Of a stretch of DNA of 64,000 bases, positions 9,175 to 20,846 are shown in pieces (within the stretch, counting starts at the first letter, position 1; each line of letters begins with the position of its first letter). The position numbers and the translations under genes were made by a program. This DNA is from Candidatus Latescibacterota bacterium (GTDB lineage Bacteria > Latescibacterota > UBA2968 > UBA8231): NCBI GenBank assembly GCA_965221775.1, contig CBDCSU010000006.1:1984001-2048000 (forward strand), given 5' to 3'. The notes below the pieces were generated by a model. It was not told the origin of the DNA. It ran no database searches and saw only the letters and a program-made list of their open reading frames with translations.

Positions 9175-9633
9175 GTGACCGGCGCCGCCGACGAGTGGGG
9201 AGTGGAAGAGGAGGAGCTGCCGGACAGTCGTAGCGGCGCCCGGCGGCTGGCTCTCGAGGTTCTCTACTGGGAAGTGGCGTCACCGGGGCAGCTCGAGGAG
9301 GCCCTGCGGCAGCGGGCCACGGCCGCCGGCCTCCGGCGGGAGAACGTCGAGTTCGCCAGCCGCCTGGCGCGGGCGGCCGTGGAGCACGCCGAGGAGCTCC
9401 ATGGCCTGATCTCCTCCACCACCACCAACTGGAGCAGCGACCGCATCGCCCGCCTCGACGGGCTCGTGCTTCGGCTCGGGGCTGCCGAGCTGCTCTATTT
9501 CGACGACGTTCCCGGCCGGGTGGCCATCGACGAGGCCGTGGAATTGGCCCGCACCTACGGCGGCGGTCAGTCCCATGCCTTCGTCAACGGGGTTCTGGAC
9601 GGAATCGCGAGGGCCCGCGGCATCCGGTTGTGA
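9175..9633 (+). CDS. nusB: Transcription antitermination factor NusB
   Basis: SRSGARRLALEVLY, NWSSDRI, VAIDEAVELARTYG...FVNGVLD; conserved position after ribH. Confidence 0.93.
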   Translation: MTGAADEWGVEEEELPDSRSGARRLALEVLYWEVASPGQLEEALRQRATAAGLRRENVEFASRLARAAVEHAEELHGLISSTTTNWSSDRIARLDGLVLRLGAAELLYFDDVPGRVAIDEAVELARTYGGGQSHAFVNGVLDGIARARGIRL

Positions 9634-9835
9634 CCCGCCCCCGCAGGGCCGGTGCGCCGGTGGCCGTTTCCCGGAGCGTCGAGTATCTTTGCCGCACTGG
9701 TTCCCGCCCGTCCGGTACGCGGGACGCTTCCCCTGCCGTGAGGAACTCGGCCGCCGGGAGATGCTCCGGTCGCCCCCCGCGCCTGGCATCCGAAATCCCG
9801 ATCCGTTTCCCATCACACCGAACCGCACACAGGCC

Positions 9836-12800
9836 ATGCTGGGTTCAATAAAGAAGCTCTTCGGCTCCCAGGCGGAGCGGGAGTTCAGGAAGGCCGCGCC
9901 GGCCCTGGCCGACATCAACGAGGAGCTGGCACGGCTGCGGACGCTCTCCGACGCCGAGCTCTTCGCCCGCACGGCGGGGTTCCGGGAGCGGATCCGCGAT
10001 CACGTCGGCCCCCGCGCCGGGGAGCTGCAGGAGATCGAGGAGCAGTTGCGCAGCGACCTCGAGCCAGGGGAGCGCGAAGATCTCAACGATCGCCACGAGG
10101 CCCTGAACGAGGAGATCCACGCCGCCGAGGGGGAGGCCCTCGAGGAGATTCGGGAGGAGGCCTTCGCCCTGGTCAAGGAGGCCTGCCGCCGGCTGGTGGG
10201 GCGCACCTGGGAGGGTGTCGGGGGCCCCGAGGAGTGGTTCATGGTGCCCTACGACGTGCAGCTCTTCGGCGGCACCGTGCTGCACCAGGGCAAGATCGCC
10301 GAGATGGCCACCGGCGAGGGCAAGACCCTCGTGGCCACCATGCCCCTGTACCTCAACGCTCTGCCGGGCCGCGGCGTGCACCTGATCACCCACAACAACT
10401 ACCTGGCCAAGCGCGACGCCATGTGGATGGGCGGCGTCTTCAACTTCCTCGGTCTGTCCGTGGGCGTGATCCAGGACCAGCGCCAGACCGGCGGCGCCGA
10501 GGCCTACCTGCTGCCGGCGACGGAATCGCCCCCGGAGGAGTTCGTCTGGCGGCCGGCCACCCGCTACGAGGCCTACCGGGCCGACATCGTCTACGCCACC
10601 AAGGACCAGGTGGGGTTCGATTACCTCTACGACAACATGGCCACCCGGCGCGAGCACATGGTGCAGCGGGAGTTCAACTACGCCATCGTCGACGAGGCCG
10701 ACTCCAACCTGATCGACGACGCCCGCACGCCGCTGATCATCTCGGGTCCCGTGCCCGAGGCGTCGAACCGCTACGCCGAGTTCAAGCCCATGGTGGAGAG
10801 GCTGCTGCGGGCGCAGACGAACCTCGTCAACAAGCTCGTGGCCGAGGCCGAGAGCAAGCGCCAGCAGGCGGACAGCGAGTACGAGGCCGGCATCGCCCTG
10901 CTGCGCGCGGTCCGCGGCGCCCCGAAGAACCGGCGCCTCATGAAGACGCTGCAGGAGGAGGGGACGAAGCGACTCATCGGCCGTGTGGAGGCCGACTTCA
11001 TGCGCGACAAGCGCATGACCGAGATCGACGACGAGCTGTTCTACGCGGTGGACGAGAAGGCCCACACCATCGACCTGATGGACAAGGGGCGGGACCTGCT
11101 GTCGCCCGACGAGCAGGCCCTGTTCGTCCTTCCCGACGTGAGCGAGGAGATCGGCCGCATCCGCAAGGACGAGTCGCTGGGCGAAGAGGAGCGGCGCACG
11201 GCCGAGGACGAGGCCTACCGCGACCATCAGCAGCGCACCGAGGCGGTGCACAACATCAACCAGCTCATGCGCGCCTGCACCCTCTTCGAGCGCGACGTGC
11301 AGTACATGGTGACCGAGGACCGGAAGGTCGTCATCGTCGACGAGTCCACCGGCCGGCCCCAGCCGGGACGGAGGTTCGCCGACGGCCTGCACCAGGCCCT
11401 GGAGGCGAAGGAGGGAGTCAAGGTCGAGCAGGAGACGCAGACGGTGGCCACCATCACCCTGCAGAACCTGTTCCGCATGTACCGCAAATTGGCGGGCATG
11501 ACCGGCACGGCCGAGACCGAATCAGCGGAGCTGTGGGAGATCTACAAGCTCGACGTCGTCGTCATCCCCACGCACCGTCCGGTGCGCCGTCTCGATCACG
11601 AGGACCAGATCTTCCGCACCAAGCGCGAGAAGTACAACGCCATCATCGAGGAGATCAGTTGGCTCCACGAGCGCGGCCTGCCCGTGCTGGTAGGTACGAT
11701 CTCGGTGGAGATCTCCGAGCTGCTGTCGCGCATGCTCAAGCGCAAGGGGATCCAGCACCAGCTGCTGAACGCCCGCTTCCACGAGAAGGAGGCGCAGGTC
11801 GTGGCCGACGCCGGCCAGCCGGGCACGGTGACCATCGCCACCAACATGGCCGGGCGGGGCACCGACATAAAGCTGAACCCGGGCGTCGTCCACATAGAGC
11901 GCGAGCTGATCGAGTCGGAGACGACTCTGGAGGACACCGTCAACGGCCGTCCCCTGGCCGAGGAGCTCACCGAGAACCCGAGCGGCCTGCAGGTGATCGG
12001 CACCGAGCGGCACGAATCGCGCCGCATCGACCGGCAGTTGCGGGGCCGCGCCGGCCGGCAGGGCGATCCCGGAGGCTCGCGCTTCTACCTGTCCCTAGAG
12101 GACGACCTGATGAGGCTCTTCGGCTCGGAGCGCATCGCCTCGGTGATGGACCGCCTCGGCGCCGAGGAGGGCGAGGTCATCGAGCATCGCATGGTGACGC
12201 GCTCCATCGAGCGGGCCCAGAAGAAGGTGGAGGCGCGAAACTTCGAGATCCGCAAGCACCTGCTGAAGTACGACGACGTGATGAACCAGCAGCGCCAGGT
12301 GATCTACAACCGGCGGCGCGACATCCTCGAGCGGGACACCGCCCGCGACCAGGTGCTCGACATCATCACCGAGACCGTCTCCGGCCTGGTCGCCGCCCAC
12401 GCGCAGGCCGACATGCACTCCTCCGAGTGGACCTGGGAAGACCTGGCCGCCGACTTCTCGACCCGGTTCTACACCCCCTTCCCCGTGGAGGTGGCCGAGC
12501 GCGACGGCGTCGAGTCCTCCGGCCTGGAAGCGCGCCTCCTCGAGGCCGCCCGGGCCGCGTACGAGCACCGCCGCCAGGCCGTCGACGAGAGCACCTTCAA
12601 CGAGGTGGAGAAGGCGATCCTGCTGCACACCATCGACACGTGCTGGCAGGAGCACCTCTACGAGATGGACGAGCTGAAGGAAGGGGTCGGTTTCGCCGGG
12701 GTGGGCGGCAAGGACCCCCTGATGGTCTACCAGAAGGAGGCTTTCGAGATGTTCGAGAGCCTCATCGGGCGGATCGATACCGAGTCGCTGAGCAACCTCT

Positions 12801-13141
12801 TCCAGCTTCGCGTCGAGGCGGGACCTGTACCGGAGAGGCGGGCGCCCGCCGGACGGGGCCGGTTCAGCGACATCCATCGGGAGGCGACGAACCTCGGGTT
12901 CCGCGGCGCACCGGCCGGTCCCGCCGAGGTCTCGCAGCCGGGTGCGCCCGCGGGCGACGGAATGCCCCTGGGGCGCCCGGCCGGCGCTCCCCGGGACGAC
13001 CAGGAGCTCGTGGCGGCCGGCAGCGAGGGAGGCGCGCCGGCGAAGAGAGCGCCGGTGCGGGCCGGTCCCAAGGTGGGCCGGAACCAGCCCTGCCCCTGCG
13101 GCAGCGGCAAGAAGTTCAAGCACTGCCACGGCAAGGGCTGA
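9836..13141 (+). CDS. secA: Preprotein translocase ATPase SecA
   Basis: MATGEGKT, IVDEADS.LID.ARTPLIISG, GMTGTA, TNMAGRGTDI, QLRGRAGRQGDPG, C-terminal GRNQPCPCGSGKKFKHCHG; start at ATG 9836 (MLGSIKKLFG). Confidence 0.98.
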   Translation: MLGSIKKLFGSQAEREFRKAAPALADINEELARLRTLSDAELFARTAGFRERIRDHVGPRAGELQEIEEQLRSDLEPGEREDLNDRHEALNEEIHAAEGEALEEIREEAFALVKEACRRLVGRTWEGVGGPEEWFMVPYDVQLFGGTVLHQGKIAEMATGEGKTLVATMPLYLNALPGRGVHLITHNNYLAKRDAMWMGGVFNFLGLSVGVIQDQRQTGGAEAYLLPATESPPEEFVWRPATRYEAYRADIVYATKDQVGFDYLYDNMATRREHMVQREFNYAIVDEADSNLIDDARTPLIISGPVPEASNRYAEFKPMVERLLRAQTNLVNKLVAEAESKRQQADSEYEAGIALLRAVRGAPKNRRLMKTLQEEGTKRLIGRVEADFMRDKRMTEIDDELFYAVDEKAHTIDLMDKGRDLLSPDEQALFVLPDVSEEIGRIRKDESLGEEERRTAEDEAYRDHQQRTEAVHNINQLMRACTLFERDVQYMVTEDRKVVIVDESTGRPQPGRRFADGLHQALEAKEGVKVEQETQTVATITLQNLFRMYRKLAGMTGTAETESAELWEIYKLDVVVIPTHRPVRRLDHEDQIFRTKREKYNAIIEEISWLHERGLPVLVGTISVEISELLSRMLKRKGIQHQLLNARFHEKEAQVVADAGQPGTVTIATNMAGRGTDIKLNPGVVHIERELIESETTLEDTVNGRPLAEELTENPSGLQVIGTERHESRRIDRQLRGRAGRQGDPGGSRFYLSLEDDLMRLFGSERIASVMDRLGAEEGEVIEHRMVTRSIERAQKKVEARNFEIRKHLLKYDDVMNQQRQVIYNRRRDILERDTARDQVLDIITETVSGLVAAHAQADMHSSEWTWEDLAADFSTRFYTPFPVEVAERDGVESSGLEARLLEAARAAYEHRRQAVDESTFNEVEKAILLHTIDTCWQEHLYEMDELKEGVGFAGVGGKDPLMVYQKEAFEMFESLIGRIDTESLSNLFQLRVEAGPVPERRAPAGRGRFSDIHREATNLGFRGAPAGPAEVSQPGAPAGDGMPLGRPAGAPRDDQELVAAGSEGGAPAKRAPVRAGPKVGRNQPCPCGSGKKFKHCHGKG

Positions 13142-13165
13142 AGGGGCGGGCCGGGAAGGTAGGCC

Positions 13166-14719
<1,554 letters not shown>

Positions 14720-15038
14720 TCCGCCGCGGCAACCCCCGGGGTGCAAGACCTCGTCCTCCTCCGCGAACCCCCGGTGCAACCACCACAAAGTCGTAAAGGG
14801 GTCGGCGGCCCAGGGAGACTCATGGGCCCTCCAGCCTTGGGGTTCGGGCGGGTGAGGGGCACCGCTCGTGGCGCGGCGGCCTGCCCGGGCTGTCAAGGCG
14901 GCCCTTCCCCCAAGCGGAAATGCAGAGGCTGCGGCTGGACGCAGAGGGGCGGATAGGGGACCCTCGGCAGGGGGCCCGGCCGCGTCAGCCTACGTCAAGA
15001 TGAGGGGCAGGTGCGCCCGGGGATGGGAAGCCGGTGCT

Positions 15039-15521
15039 TCAGAGTTCGGGCCAGGCCAGCTCGTACTCACCGCCCTCCAGCTGCTCCCGCGCCAGGAGAA
15101 CGATCAGCGACGGGTAGACGCGCTGCTCGATGTCGCGGCGCAGGTTGCGAAGGCCGATGGCCACGGAGTGCGCCTGCCGCCGGGTGTCGCCGGTCTCGTC
15201 GCGCGCCAGGCGGCGGGCGTCCTCGAAGGAGCGCTGGTAGAGGTCGTGGGTGTTGCGGATCGTGCGCTCGTCGAGCTCCGGGATGGCGTCCACGGCGGCG
15301 GCGTACTCGTCGAGCATGGCCCGGGCCGCCTCGATGTCGGCATCGGTCACCGGCACGCTTGGATCGTCGAAACGCAGGATCGTCCGCTCCACGCGCTCGT
15401 TGAAGGAATGGAACTCCTGGATCGACTTGACGTACTGCTTCAGTTCGGCGATCTCCGCCTCCCTGCCGCAGCCCGTCACCCCCACCGCCAGCGCGAGTGT
15501 GATCAGCAGCCCCCGTACCAT
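15039..15521 (-). CDS. Hypothetical helical lipoprotein
   Basis: GGAGG RBS, then MVRGLLITLALAVGVTGC (lipobox) and an amphipathic helical body with high-GC3 codons. Confidence 0.7.
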   Translation of the reverse strand: MVRGLLITLALAVGVTGCGREAEIAELKQYVKSIQEFHSFNERVERTILRFDDPSVPVTDADIEAARAMLDEYAAAVDAIPELDERTIRNTHDLYQRSFEDARRLARDETGDTRRQAHSVAIGLRNLRRDIEQRVYPSLIVLLAREQLEGGEYELAWPEL

Positions 15522-15642
15522 TTCGACCTCCAGGCGTAGGTGTTGCGGTTCCGGAGGGCCTGCCGGAGAGGGTTTCCGACGCCCGCCCGACGGGCCCGCG
15601 CGTAACATACAAAGGCCCGAAAGCCGAAGGCAAGGCGCTTCG

Positions 15643-15671
15643 TTGACGGGTTGCGGGGGCCGGGATACCTT
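15643..15671 (+). promoter_or_regulatory. Sigma70-like promoter for purC
   Basis: TTGACG-N17-TACCTT. Confidence 0.55.
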
Positions 15672-15697
15672 CACCAAACCCCCTTCACCCGCACCCG

Positions 15698-16699
15698 ATG
15701 GAGGCACTGTTGGTCAGCCGCGAACAGCTCCGCAACCTGCTTGACGACTGCCTGCTCGAAGCCCGCTTCGATCGCTGGGCCGACTCCTACCACCAGGGGA
15801 AGGTCCGCGACATCTACCGCCTTGCGGACCGCCGCATCCTGATCACCACCGACCGGCAGAGCGCCTTCGATCACGTCCTGGGCACCATTCCCCTGAAAGG
15901 GCAGGTCCTCAACCGGATCGCCCAGTACTGGTTCGAGCGCACCGCCGACATCGTGCCGAACCACGTCCTCCAGGTGCCGCACGCCAGCGTCACCGTGGCC
16001 GAGGAGCTGGACATGTTCCCCGTGGAGGTCGTCGTGAGGGGCTACCTGACGGGCAGCACCGAGACCTCGGCCTGGACCCACTACGCGCGCGGGGTGCGGG
16101 AGTTCTGCGGCAACCGGCTCCCCGACGGCATGGTCAAGAACCAGCCCTTCGAGGCGCCCATCATCACCCCCACCACCAAGTCCGAGGAACACGACGAGTC
16201 GATCTCTCCGGAGCAGATCGTCGAGCGCGGACTCGTCGACGAAGGGACCTGGCGCCGGATCGAAGAGATCGCCCTGGAGTTGTTCGCCCGCGGGCAACAG
16301 CTGGCGGCGGAGCAGGGGCTGATCCTGGTGGACACCAAGTACGAGATGGGCCGCAACGCCGAGGGGCGGATCGCGGTGGCCGACGAGATCCACACGCCCG
16401 ACTCCTCCCGCTACTGGATTCTGGACAGCTACGAGGAACGCCACGGGCGCGGCGACGAGCCGGAGAGTCTGGACAAGGAGTTCCTCCGTCTGTGGCTGAA
16501 GGAGAAGGGCATCTCCGACGACAACATCCCGCATCTCGACGACGATATCCGCGTCGAGGTCGCCGGGCGCTACGTCGATCTCTTCGAGCGGGTGACGGGG
16601 CGGAGCTTCGAGCCCGACGTGGGGGAGGACGGTTCCGTGAGGGACCGCATCGAGAGGGCGATCGAGCCGTTCTTCGCCCCCGAGGGCAAACCGGTGTGA
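15698..16699 (+). CDS. purC: Phosphoribosylaminoimidazole-succinocarboxamide (SAICAR) synthase
   Basis: YHQGKVRDIY, TTDRQSAFD, IPLKGQVLN, VEVVVRGYLTGS, TPTTK, ILVDTKYEMG, DEIHTPDSSRYW, DKEFLR; the true start may be TTG 15710. Confidence 0.96.
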   Translation: MEALLVSREQLRNLLDDCLLEARFDRWADSYHQGKVRDIYRLADRRILITTDRQSAFDHVLGTIPLKGQVLNRIAQYWFERTADIVPNHVLQVPHASVTVAEELDMFPVEVVVRGYLTGSTETSAWTHYARGVREFCGNRLPDGMVKNQPFEAPIITPTTKSEEHDESISPEQIVERGLVDEGTWRRIEEIALELFARGQQLAAEQGLILVDTKYEMGRNAEGRIAVADEIHTPDSSRYWILDSYEERHGRGDEPESLDKEFLRLWLKEKGISDDNIPHLDDDIRVEVAGRYVDLFERVTGRSFEPDVGEDGSVRDRIERAIEPFFAPEGKPV

Positions 16700-16971
16700 G
16701 CACCGGGGCCGCGGAGCTGCGGAGCGCGCCGGCGCGCCGGTCGGTCCTCGGCCGGTTCCTGGGCGCCGTCCTCGTGTTTCGACTGGAGCTTCGGCTGCCG
16801 GCGGTCGACGCGGGGCTCGTGCTCCTGTCCTGGCTGCGGCGGCCGGTGATCCAGATGCCCGTGGACCGGGCGCGGATCCCCGGGGGTTCGCTGCTCTCGA
16901 TAGCGCCGTCTCCAGCCGCGGACGCCCGCAGCCGGACTCGCCGGCGTCTCGACGAGGTCTTTCCTTTCTGA
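16696..16971 (+). CDS. Small hypothetical protein
   Basis: GTGA overlap with the purC stop; fills the gap to the next gene; one hydrophobic segment; no recognisable motif. Confidence 0.4.
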   Translation: MSTGAAELRSAPARRSVLGRFLGAVLVFRLELRLPAVDAGLVLLSWLRRPVIQMPVDRARIPGGSLLSIAPSPAADARSRTRRRLDEVFPF

Positions 16972-16982
16972 GCGAGCCTCCC

Positions 16983-17261
16983 GTGCTTCACCGTCAGCTG
17001 CGAACAGCCCTGGAGGAGATCTTCGGTGAGGACTACGTCGAGGAAGCCCTGCGACACTCCGAGCTGGCGGAGCTGGTGATCTGCGAGCGCACCGACCAGT
17101 TCAAGGACACCGTCCTCGGCTTCCAGCGCCTGAACTACCGCGACGAGCAGTCCACCTACGCCGCAGGGCTGGAACGCGAGTTCGGCGTCGCCCTCATCTG
17201 CTCCCTGCTGCACAACCCCACACGCCAGCTGATCGCCGAGCTCGGCCTGAACTACCTGTAG
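16983..17261 (+). CDS. Small acidic hypothetical protein (92 aa)
   Basis: Protein-like composition, strong GC3 codon bias, same orientation as neighbours. Confidence 0.7.
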   Translation: MLHRQLRTALEEIFGEDYVEEALRHSELAELVICERTDQFKDTVLGFQRLNYRDEQSTYAAGLEREFGVALICSLLHNPTRQLIAELGLNYL

Positions 17262-17307
17262 TGTTCGGCGGCGCAGGCAGGGGGCCGACAGGCCGGCCCC
17301 TCCGCGC

Positions 17308-18801
17308 GTGACCGGCAACCCGCTCCTCGCCTTCGACCTCGGCGCCGAGAGCGGCCGCGCCATTCTCGGCCGCTTCGAGGGCGAGCGTCTGGAACTGGAG
17401 GAGTTGCACCGCTTCCCCACGGGGGGCACGGCCGTCCTCGACCGGCTCTACTGGGACGTGCTGCGCCTGCACGACGGGATCAAGCAGGGGCTGCGGGCGG
17501 CGGCCGGGGCCCGGATCGCCTCCGTGGGCGTCGACACCTGGGGGGTGGACTTCGGCCTGCTGGCCGCCGACGGGTCCCTCCTCGACAACCCCCGCCACTA
17601 CCGGGACCCGCGGACCGAGGGGGTGCTGGACCGGGCCCTGGAGCGCGTCTCCCGGGAGCGCGTGTTCGCCGCAACGGGGGTGCAGCTCCTGCCGATCAAC
17701 ACCCTCTTCCAGCTGCTGGCCATGCAGGAGCAGTCCGCTCCCCAACTGGGCGCCGCCCACCGGCTGCTGATGATGGCCGACTTGCTGCATTACTTCCTCA
17801 CGGGGGAGCAGGTCTGCGAGTTCACCAACGCCACCACCACCCAGTTCTACGATCCGCAGCGGGGGCGCTGGTCGACGGAGCTCCTCGAGGCCTTCGGCCT
17901 GCCGCACCGCATCCTGCCCGAGATCGTCCCGCCGGGCACGCGGATCGGCCCGCTGCTGGAGAGCGTCTCCCGCGACTGCGGCCTGGCCTCCGGGATCCCG
18001 GTGGTGGCGCCGGCCACCCACGACACCGGCGCGGCGGTGGCCGCGGTCCCGGCCGAGGGTCCGGACTTCGCCTACATCAGCTCCGGCACCTGGTCTCTCA
18101 TGGGCGCCGAGTTGCAGGCCCCCGATCTCTCGCCGGGCGCCCTGCGCTGCAACTTCACCAACGAGGGCGGCGTGGGCGGCACCTTCCGCTTTCTGAAGAA
18201 CATCATGGGGCTGTGGCTGGTGCAGGAGTGTCGGCGCGCCTGGTCGGCCGAGGGCCGCGACCTCTCCTACCACGAGCTCACTCGGGCCGCGGAAGAGGCT
18301 CCCGGCTTCGGGGCTCTCGTCGATCCCGACGACGGGCGCTTCCTGCCTCCGGGGGACATGCCCGGCCGGGTGGCCGCCTTCTGCCGCGAGACGGGGCAGA
18401 CCGAGCCCGCCGGCGAGGGCGCCGTGATCCGCTGTCTGCTGGAGAGCCTGGCCCTGAAGTACCGCTGGGTCCTCGAGCGCCTCGAGGAGGTCCTGGGCCG
18501 GCGCCTGGAGCCGGTCCACGTGGTCGGCGGGGGCATCCGCAACACCCTGCTCTGCCAGCTCACCGCCGACGCCACCGGGCGTCCGGTCGTCGCCGGGCCG
18601 GCGGAAGCCACGGCTGTCGGCAACCTGCTGGTGCAGGCCCTCGGCCTCGGCCGTCTCGGCTCGGTGGAGGACATCCGCGCCGTGGTGCGCGCCTCCTTCG
18701 AGCCCCGGACTTTCACCCCGTGCGGGGACGACGGCCGCTGGGAGGAGGCGTACGGCCGCTTCTGCAGGCTGCTGCCCGACCCCCCGGCTGCGGGGGGCTG
18801 A
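17308..18801 (+). CDS. rhaB: Rhamnulokinase-family FGGY sugar kinase
   Basis: LAFDLGAESGR, GVDTWGVDFGLL, HYRD.RT, INTLFQL, THDTGAAV, ISSGTWSLMG, TNEGGVGG..RFLKNIMGLW, VVGGG. Confidence 0.88.
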   Translation: MTGNPLLAFDLGAESGRAILGRFEGERLELEELHRFPTGGTAVLDRLYWDVLRLHDGIKQGLRAAAGARIASVGVDTWGVDFGLLAADGSLLDNPRHYRDPRTEGVLDRALERVSRERVFAATGVQLLPINTLFQLLAMQEQSAPQLGAAHRLLMMADLLHYFLTGEQVCEFTNATTTQFYDPQRGRWSTELLEAFGLPHRILPEIVPPGTRIGPLLESVSRDCGLASGIPVVAPATHDTGAAVAAVPAEGPDFAYISSGTWSLMGAELQAPDLSPGALRCNFTNEGGVGGTFRFLKNIMGLWLVQECRRAWSAEGRDLSYHELTRAAEEAPGFGALVDPDDGRFLPPGDMPGRVAAFCRETGQTEPAGEGAVIRCLLESLALKYRWVLERLEEVLGRRLEPVHVVGGGIRNTLLCQLTADATGRPVVAGPAEATAVGNLLVQALGLGRLGSVEDIRAVVRASFEPRTFTPCGDDGRWEEAYGRFCRLLPDPPAAGG

Positions 18802-18866
18802 AGTCCAGAATCAGCTTCCCGGTTCGCGGGGAGCGTCTGCCGCAAGACACCACAGGAGGGCGCACA

Positions 18867-20711
18867 GTGACGGCTCCATACGATGGTTCCCCCATCGCCT
18901 ACGACGTGACCTGCCGCAGGAACGTGATGGTCCCCATGCGCGACGGCGTGGGGCTCGCCTCCGACATCTACCTCCCCTCGGTGGGAGAGGAACCCGCGGC
19001 CGGCCGGTTTCCCGTCATCCTCGAGCGGACCCCCTACGACAAGGCCGCGCCGCGGCAGGTGACCAATGCGGGCTACTTCGCGCGGCGGGGCTACGCCACG
19101 GTGATTCAGGACGTTCGCGGCCGCTTCGCCTCCGAGGGCGAGTGGTACGCCTTTGCCAGGGAGGCGCCGGACGGCTACGACACCGTCGAGTGGATCGCGG
19201 GCCAGGAGTGGAGCAACGGCAAGGTCGGCACCATGGGAGGCTCGTACGCCGGCAGCGACCAGAGCGCCCTCGCGACCCTGGCGCCGCCGCACCTGGAGAC
19301 CATGGTCGTGGCGGTGGGCGCCTCCAACTACTACCACGGCTCGATGCGCCAGAACGGCGCCCTGGAGCAGCGCTTCCACGTCTACGTCTTCCGCATGGCG
19401 ATGACGAGCAAGGAGGCCATGGCCGACCCGGGCCTCCAGGCGGAGATCATGAAGGCCTTCACGCAGGACATGCCTGACATCGTGCGCCGGTTGCCGCTGA
19501 AGAAGGGAGCCACGGTGCTGCGCCGGCTGCCCTCCTACGAGCAGTGGGCCATCGACATCCTGACCCACGGGGAGTTCGACGACTACTGGAAACAGCGGGG
19601 CTACGCCATCGACGAGTACTACGACGAGCACGCCGACGTGCCGACCCTGTATCTCGGCGGCTGGTACGACTCCTACGCCCGCAACACCCCCACGAGCTAC
19701 CGCAAGCTCAGCGATATCAAGCGGTCGCCGCAGGTCCTGCTGATGGGGCCGTGGACGCACGGCTGCTACGAGGTGACCCACGCCGGGGACGTCGACTTCG
19801 GGACCGACTCGCACATCAACCAGAACGACCTGCGGCTGGCCTGGTTCGACCACCACCTCAAGGGCATGGCAACGGAGTTCGCCGACTGGTCGCCGGTGCG
19901 CATCTTCACCATGGGCACCGGCAGCCAGCGGATGAACAAGCACGACTACGACCGCCGCCTCGACCACGGCGGCTACTGGCGCAGCGAGCCGGACTGGCCC
20001 CTGCCGGGCACGGTGGAGACGCGCTACTACCTGCGCGCCGGCGGCGGGCTGTCGCGGGAGCAGCCCAAGGAGAAGGAGGCGCCGTCCACGGGCTACACCT
20101 TCGACCCCCGGGATCCGGTGCCGACAATGGGGGGCGGCATCTCGGCGGCCGACACCATCATCCCCCCCGGCGCCTTCGACCAGCGCGGCCGGCCCGACTT
20201 CTTCGGCTGCGTCGACGAGCTGCCGCTCAACACCCGAGGGGACATCCTCACCTTCCAGACCCCGGAGCTGGCGGAGGACACGGAGGTCACGGGCCACATC
20301 GTCATGCACCTGTGGGCGTCGTCGTCGGCCCGGGACACCGATTTCACCGCCAAGCTCATCGACCTCCATCCGCCCTCGGGCGACTACCCGGACGGTTTCG
20401 CCATGAACATCACCGACTCGATCCTCCGCGCCCGCTACCGGAACGGCTGGACGCGGCCGGAGCTGATGGAGCCGGGGACCCCTTACGAGTTCGTCTTCCA
20501 TCTCTACCCGACGTCGAACGTCTTCCGCCGCGGCCACCGCATCCGCCTGGACATCAGCAGCAGCAACTGGCCGCGCTTCGACGTCAACCCCAACACCGGG
20601 GGGCCTCTCGGCCTCGAGAGCCGCTGGGAGATCGCCCACCAGACGATCCTCCACAGTCCGGGGCACCCGTCGCACATCGTGCTGCCGCTGCAGAAGGCCG
20701 CCGCGAGCTAG
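18867..20711 (+). CDS. CocE/NonD family alpha/beta hydrolase (peptidase S15-like)
   Basis: AGGAGG RBS and GTG start; VPMRDGV.LA.DIY, RTPYDK, QDVRGRFASEG, GGSYAG nucleophile elbow, GWYD, GPWTH, SSSNWPRF..NPNTG. Confidence 0.92.
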   Translation: MTAPYDGSPIAYDVTCRRNVMVPMRDGVGLASDIYLPSVGEEPAAGRFPVILERTPYDKAAPRQVTNAGYFARRGYATVIQDVRGRFASEGEWYAFAREAPDGYDTVEWIAGQEWSNGKVGTMGGSYAGSDQSALATLAPPHLETMVVAVGASNYYHGSMRQNGALEQRFHVYVFRMAMTSKEAMADPGLQAEIMKAFTQDMPDIVRRLPLKKGATVLRRLPSYEQWAIDILTHGEFDDYWKQRGYAIDEYYDEHADVPTLYLGGWYDSYARNTPTSYRKLSDIKRSPQVLLMGPWTHGCYEVTHAGDVDFGTDSHINQNDLRLAWFDHHLKGMATEFADWSPVRIFTMGTGSQRMNKHDYDRRLDHGGYWRSEPDWPLPGTVETRYYLRAGGGLSREQPKEKEAPSTGYTFDPRDPVPTMGGGISAADTIIPPGAFDQRGRPDFFGCVDELPLNTRGDILTFQTPELAEDTEVTGHIVMHLWASSSARDTDFTAKLIDLHPPSGDYPDGFAMNITDSILRARYRNGWTRPELMEPGTPYEFVFHLYPTSNVFRRGHRIRLDISSSNWPRFDVNPNTGGPLGLESRWEIAHQTILHSPGHPSHIVLPLQKAAAS

Positions 20712-20744
20712 CCGCGGTTCGGGGAACGGGAACCGAACCGCGGC
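20711..20744. repeat. 12-bp inverted repeat (hairpin) downstream of the CocE gene
   Basis: GCCGCGGTTCGG-N10-CCGAACCGCGGC with no U-tract. Confidence 0.6.
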
Positions 20745-20846
20745 CGGGGTAGTCGGTGTCGGAGACGGCACTGCGCGCGGATGCAGGCAGGACGCTATCT
20801 TCCGTCTCCGTTGCGCTCGATTCTCCAGACTGAAGGAAGCCCCCCG

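Noticed and set aside
9684-9691. TATCTTTG upstream of secA, matching the Bacteroidota -7 promoter motif
   Set aside because: Single instance without a matching -33 element; other promoters here look like TTGAC-N17/18-TAnnnT.
14728-14750. GGCAACCCCCGGGGTGCAAG resembling part of RNase P RNA
   Set aside because: The conserved GAGGAAAGTCC and 3' P4 strand were not found nearby.
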